The notes under the pieces are model-generated. The model was given only the letters and a program-made list of their open reading frames with translations. It was not told the origin of the DNA and did not search any database. From Oscillospiraceae bacterium (GTDB taxonomy: Bacteria; Bacillota; Clostridia; Oscillospirales; Oscillospiraceae): a stretch of 64,000 bases of DNA. Below are positions 61,989 to 64,000 of this stretch, one piece after another. Both the position numbers and the translations under genes were made by a program. Position 1 is the stretch's first letter, and each line of letters begins with the position of its first letter. The DNA lies in assembly GCA_022792555.1 (NCBI GenBank), contig JAAWBF010000036.1, positions 3,697 through 67,696 of the forward strand. The letters are read 5' to 3'.

Positions 61989-62459
61989 ATGGACTGGAAA
62001 CCGGGGCGGGAATTAACTGCGTTTAACGCTTTAGCCAGAGAATTTGACGGAATCTACCACGAGATCGCAGTACAGTTAGGGCTGTCTGACAGTGCGTTTC
62101 TCATTTTATATGTGATTGCAGAATTTGGAGACGGCTGTCTGCAAAAGGAGATCGCAAAGCAGTATTATGTCAGCAAACAGACGATCAACTCTGCCATCAA
62201 GCAGCTGGTCGCCAAAGGATACCTCACCATGCAGCAGGGGAGGGGGCGAGACATGCACCTCCACCTCACACCAACGGGGCGGCAGTTCGTCGCCCAGCGA
62301 ATTGTGCCCGTCTTTGAGTGGGAGAATCGCGTCTTTGCCGCCCTGTCCCAGGAAGAACGGGAGACCTTGCTTCGGCTGACCGAAAAATATGTCACCCTCT
62401 GCTGGGATACGCTGCCTGAACTTTTAGAACGAGATAGAAAGGAACCCAATGTACCATGA
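61989..62459 (+). CDS. MarR-family transcriptional regulator
   Basis: Winged-helix pattern (LILYVIAEFGDGCLQKEIAKQYYVSKQTINSAIKQLVAKGYL). 156 aa. Confidence 0.88.
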   Translation: MDWKPGRELTAFNALAREFDGIYHEIAVQLGLSDSAFLILYVIAEFGDGCLQKEIAKQYYVSKQTINSAIKQLVAKGYLTMQQGRGRDMHLHLTPTGRQFVAQRIVPVFEWENRVFAALSQEERETLLRLTEKYVTLCWDTLPELLERDRKEPNVP

Positions 62460-63787
62460 GAATACAGCTGTCAGACCATTTTACCTATCGAAGACTCCTT
62501 CGATTTGTGGCCTCTCCTGTTTTGATGATGCTCTGTACCTCCGTATACGGTATTGTAGATGGATTTTTTGTCTCCAATTATGTGGGAAAGACACCCTTTG
62601 CCGCCGTCAATTTGATCATCCCTATCTCCATGGGCATCGGCTCCATCGGATTTTTAGTAGGTACCGGTGGGAGCGCCGTAGTCTCTAAGACGCTGGGGGA
62701 GGGGAAACCGGAGCTGGCAAATCAGTATTTCTCCATGCTGATTTGGGTATCCACACTCTTCAGCGCCGCTGTCTCCCTTCTGGGGCTGATCTTTGCGCCC
62801 TCCATCTCCAGGCTGCTGGGGGCCGAGGGCGAGCTGCTCAATCAGTGCATTATTTATGGCAGGATCTCCTTTGGGACCCAGACCCTGTTCGTCCTGCAAA
62901 GTATCTTTCAAAACTTTTTTGTCACAGCAGAACGGCCCGATTTAAGTTTAAAGACCTCCGTTTTAGCAGGACTGACCAACATGGTGCTGGATTATCTGCT
63001 CATCGCCGTAATCCCCTGGGGGGTTGCGGGGGCGGCTATCGCCACCGCTCTGGGCCAGGCCGTAGGTGCTGCAATACCGTTGATCTACTTTACGCGGAAG
63101 AATGACAGTCTCCTTCGGCTGTCAAGAGCTCCGGTCAACTGGAGGATACTGTGGCAGGTCTGCACCAATGGATCCTCTGAGCTTGTGACCAATATTTCTA
63201 TCTCTGTGGTGAATATCCTCTACAACTTTCAGCTCATGCGCATCGCAGGGGAGGACGGCGTAGCGGCCTTTGGCATTATCATGTATGTCAACTTTATGTT
63301 TATGGCGATCTATCTGGGCTATTCTATCGGCAGTGCCCCGGTGATCGGGTACCACTACGGGGCGGACAATCAAGAAGAACTGAAAAACCTGTTTCGGAAA
63401 AGTTTGACCCTCATGGTGGGAACCGGGGTGCTGATGACTTTGCTGGCTGAACTGTTTTCAAGCCCTCTGGTGGCCATTTTCGCAGGGTATGACCTGGACC
63501 TGTTCACCATGACCTGCCGGGGCTTCCAGCTCTATGCACCGGCCTTTCTCTTTATGGGGGTCAACGTATGGGGCTCCTCCTTTTTTACTGCCTTGAACAA
63601 CGGCGGCGTCTCCGCTGCCATCTCTTTTTTACGGATGTTTGTCTTTCAAATTACGACCGTTTTGATCCTGCCCGTGATTTTGGAGATAGACGGGATCTGG
63701 CTTGCGGTGGCAGTAGCTGAACTACTGGCCCTTCTGGTGACAGTTTTCTTTTTTATATGGAAGCGGAATACCTACCACTACTTTTAA
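62456..63787 (+). CDS. MATE-family efflux transporter
   Basis: 12-TM, 443 aa, N-terminal LRFVASPVLMMLCTSVYGIVDGFFV typical of MATE. ATGA overlap with marR. Confidence 0.9.
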   Translation: MRIQLSDHFTYRRLLRFVASPVLMMLCTSVYGIVDGFFVSNYVGKTPFAAVNLIIPISMGIGSIGFLVGTGGSAVVSKTLGEGKPELANQYFSMLIWVSTLFSAAVSLLGLIFAPSISRLLGAEGELLNQCIIYGRISFGTQTLFVLQSIFQNFFVTAERPDLSLKTSVLAGLTNMVLDYLLIAVIPWGVAGAAIATALGQAVGAAIPLIYFTRKNDSLLRLSRAPVNWRILWQVCTNGSSELVTNISISVVNILYNFQLMRIAGEDGVAAFGIIMYVNFMFMAIYLGYSIGSAPVIGYHYGADNQEELKNLFRKSLTLMVGTGVLMTLLAELFSSPLVAIFAGYDLDLFTMTCRGFQLYAPAFLFMGVNVWGSSFFTALNNGGVSAAISFLRMFVFQITTVLILPVILEIDGIWLAVAVAELLALLVTVFFFIWKRNTYHYF

Positions 63788-63794
63788 AAAATGT

Positions 63795-63825
63795 GTGTTT
63801 CCCCCGCCTCCGGCAGGGGAAACAC
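63795..63825 (+). terminator. GC-rich stem-loop after the MATE gene (no clear U-tract)
   Basis: GTGTTTCCCC / GGGGAAACAC stem. Confidence 0.4.
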
Positions 63826-63870
63826 GCAAATAAATCTTCACGGTGGACACTCCCCTCTAGAGCGGCTGTC

Positions 63871-63899
63871 TTGAAACAAGAGTTTTTTTGTGCTAAAAT
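63871..63899 (+). promoter_or_regulatory. SigmaA-type promoter (extended -10) reading out of the window
   Basis: TTGAAA (63871-63876), 17-nt spacer, TGcTAAAAT (TAAAAT at 63894-63899). Confidence 0.5.
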
Positions 63900-64000
63900 G
63901 AGAACAAATCAAGCACAGACGCCAGTAAAATAGAACTGCTGGCTATGTGCCGAGAGGGCGGGGAATTTGTCGTGAACCAGAAAAAGAAATGGTGGGTGTT

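Noticed and set aside
63972-64000. Possible GTG-initiated gene start at the right edge, downstream of the 63871-63899 promoter.
   Set aside because: Only about 10 codons are visible and the RBS is weak, so there is too little sequence to support a CDS call.
1-64000. Scanned for CRISPR arrays, tRNA/rRNA genes, transposases, integrases, phage genes and known defence-system genes.
   Set aside because: None seen. There are no regularly spaced direct repeats, no cloverleaf-like tRNA sequences in the intergenic gaps, and no recombinase-like ORFs. The only toxin/immunity-like module is barnase-barstar.

Overview
High-GC Firmicutes (Clostridia-type) chromosomal segment, inferred from PolC, two T-box leaders, SLH proteins and sporulation-style cell-wall genes. 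It is mostly core housekeeping. Content in order:
- the tail of an S1-domain gene, then carD-ispD-ispF
- a DUF3343/cysteine desulfurase pair
- the nusB-xseA-xseB-ispA-dxs-tlyA-nadK-argR-recN block
- tyrS and alaS, each behind a T-box leader; purB; rex; cca
- the pyrH-frr-uppS-cdsA-dxr-rseP-ispG-polC block
- a his operon (fused hisZ-hisG, then hisD, B, H, A, F, I, E), followed by a barnase-barstar pair and a marR-MATE operon

I saw no rRNA, tRNA, CRISPR array, transposase or integrase.

Non-routine content, best candidates first:
1. An orphan 28-codon acidic peptide gene, below the ORF-track cutoff, with its own promoter, RBS and terminator. It sits in a visibly AT-rich gap (about 40.2-40.9 kb) next to an SLH protein gene.
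2. A roughly 50-80 nt hairpin element present twice (3.15 kb and 61.9 kb) with a compensatory base-pair change. The second copy lies inside a nested-helix leader upstream of marR-MATE.
3. A 282-aa cysteine-rich protein with no family I recognise.
4. Three sigmaK/sigmaE-type promoter matches (AC-N16/17-CATAnnnTA). They precede the Cys-rich gene, a three-gene cell-wall operon (CarboxypepD_reg-like, SpoIID-like with PG-binding repeats, PG-binding), and the DUF3343/desulfurase pair.
5. An in-frame hisZ-hisG fusion.
6. A lipobox-bearing barnase with barstar at the 3' end of the his operon.

I cannot point to a clearly novel multi-gene system. All family assignments come from motif recognition by eye and need HMM or BLAST confirmation.
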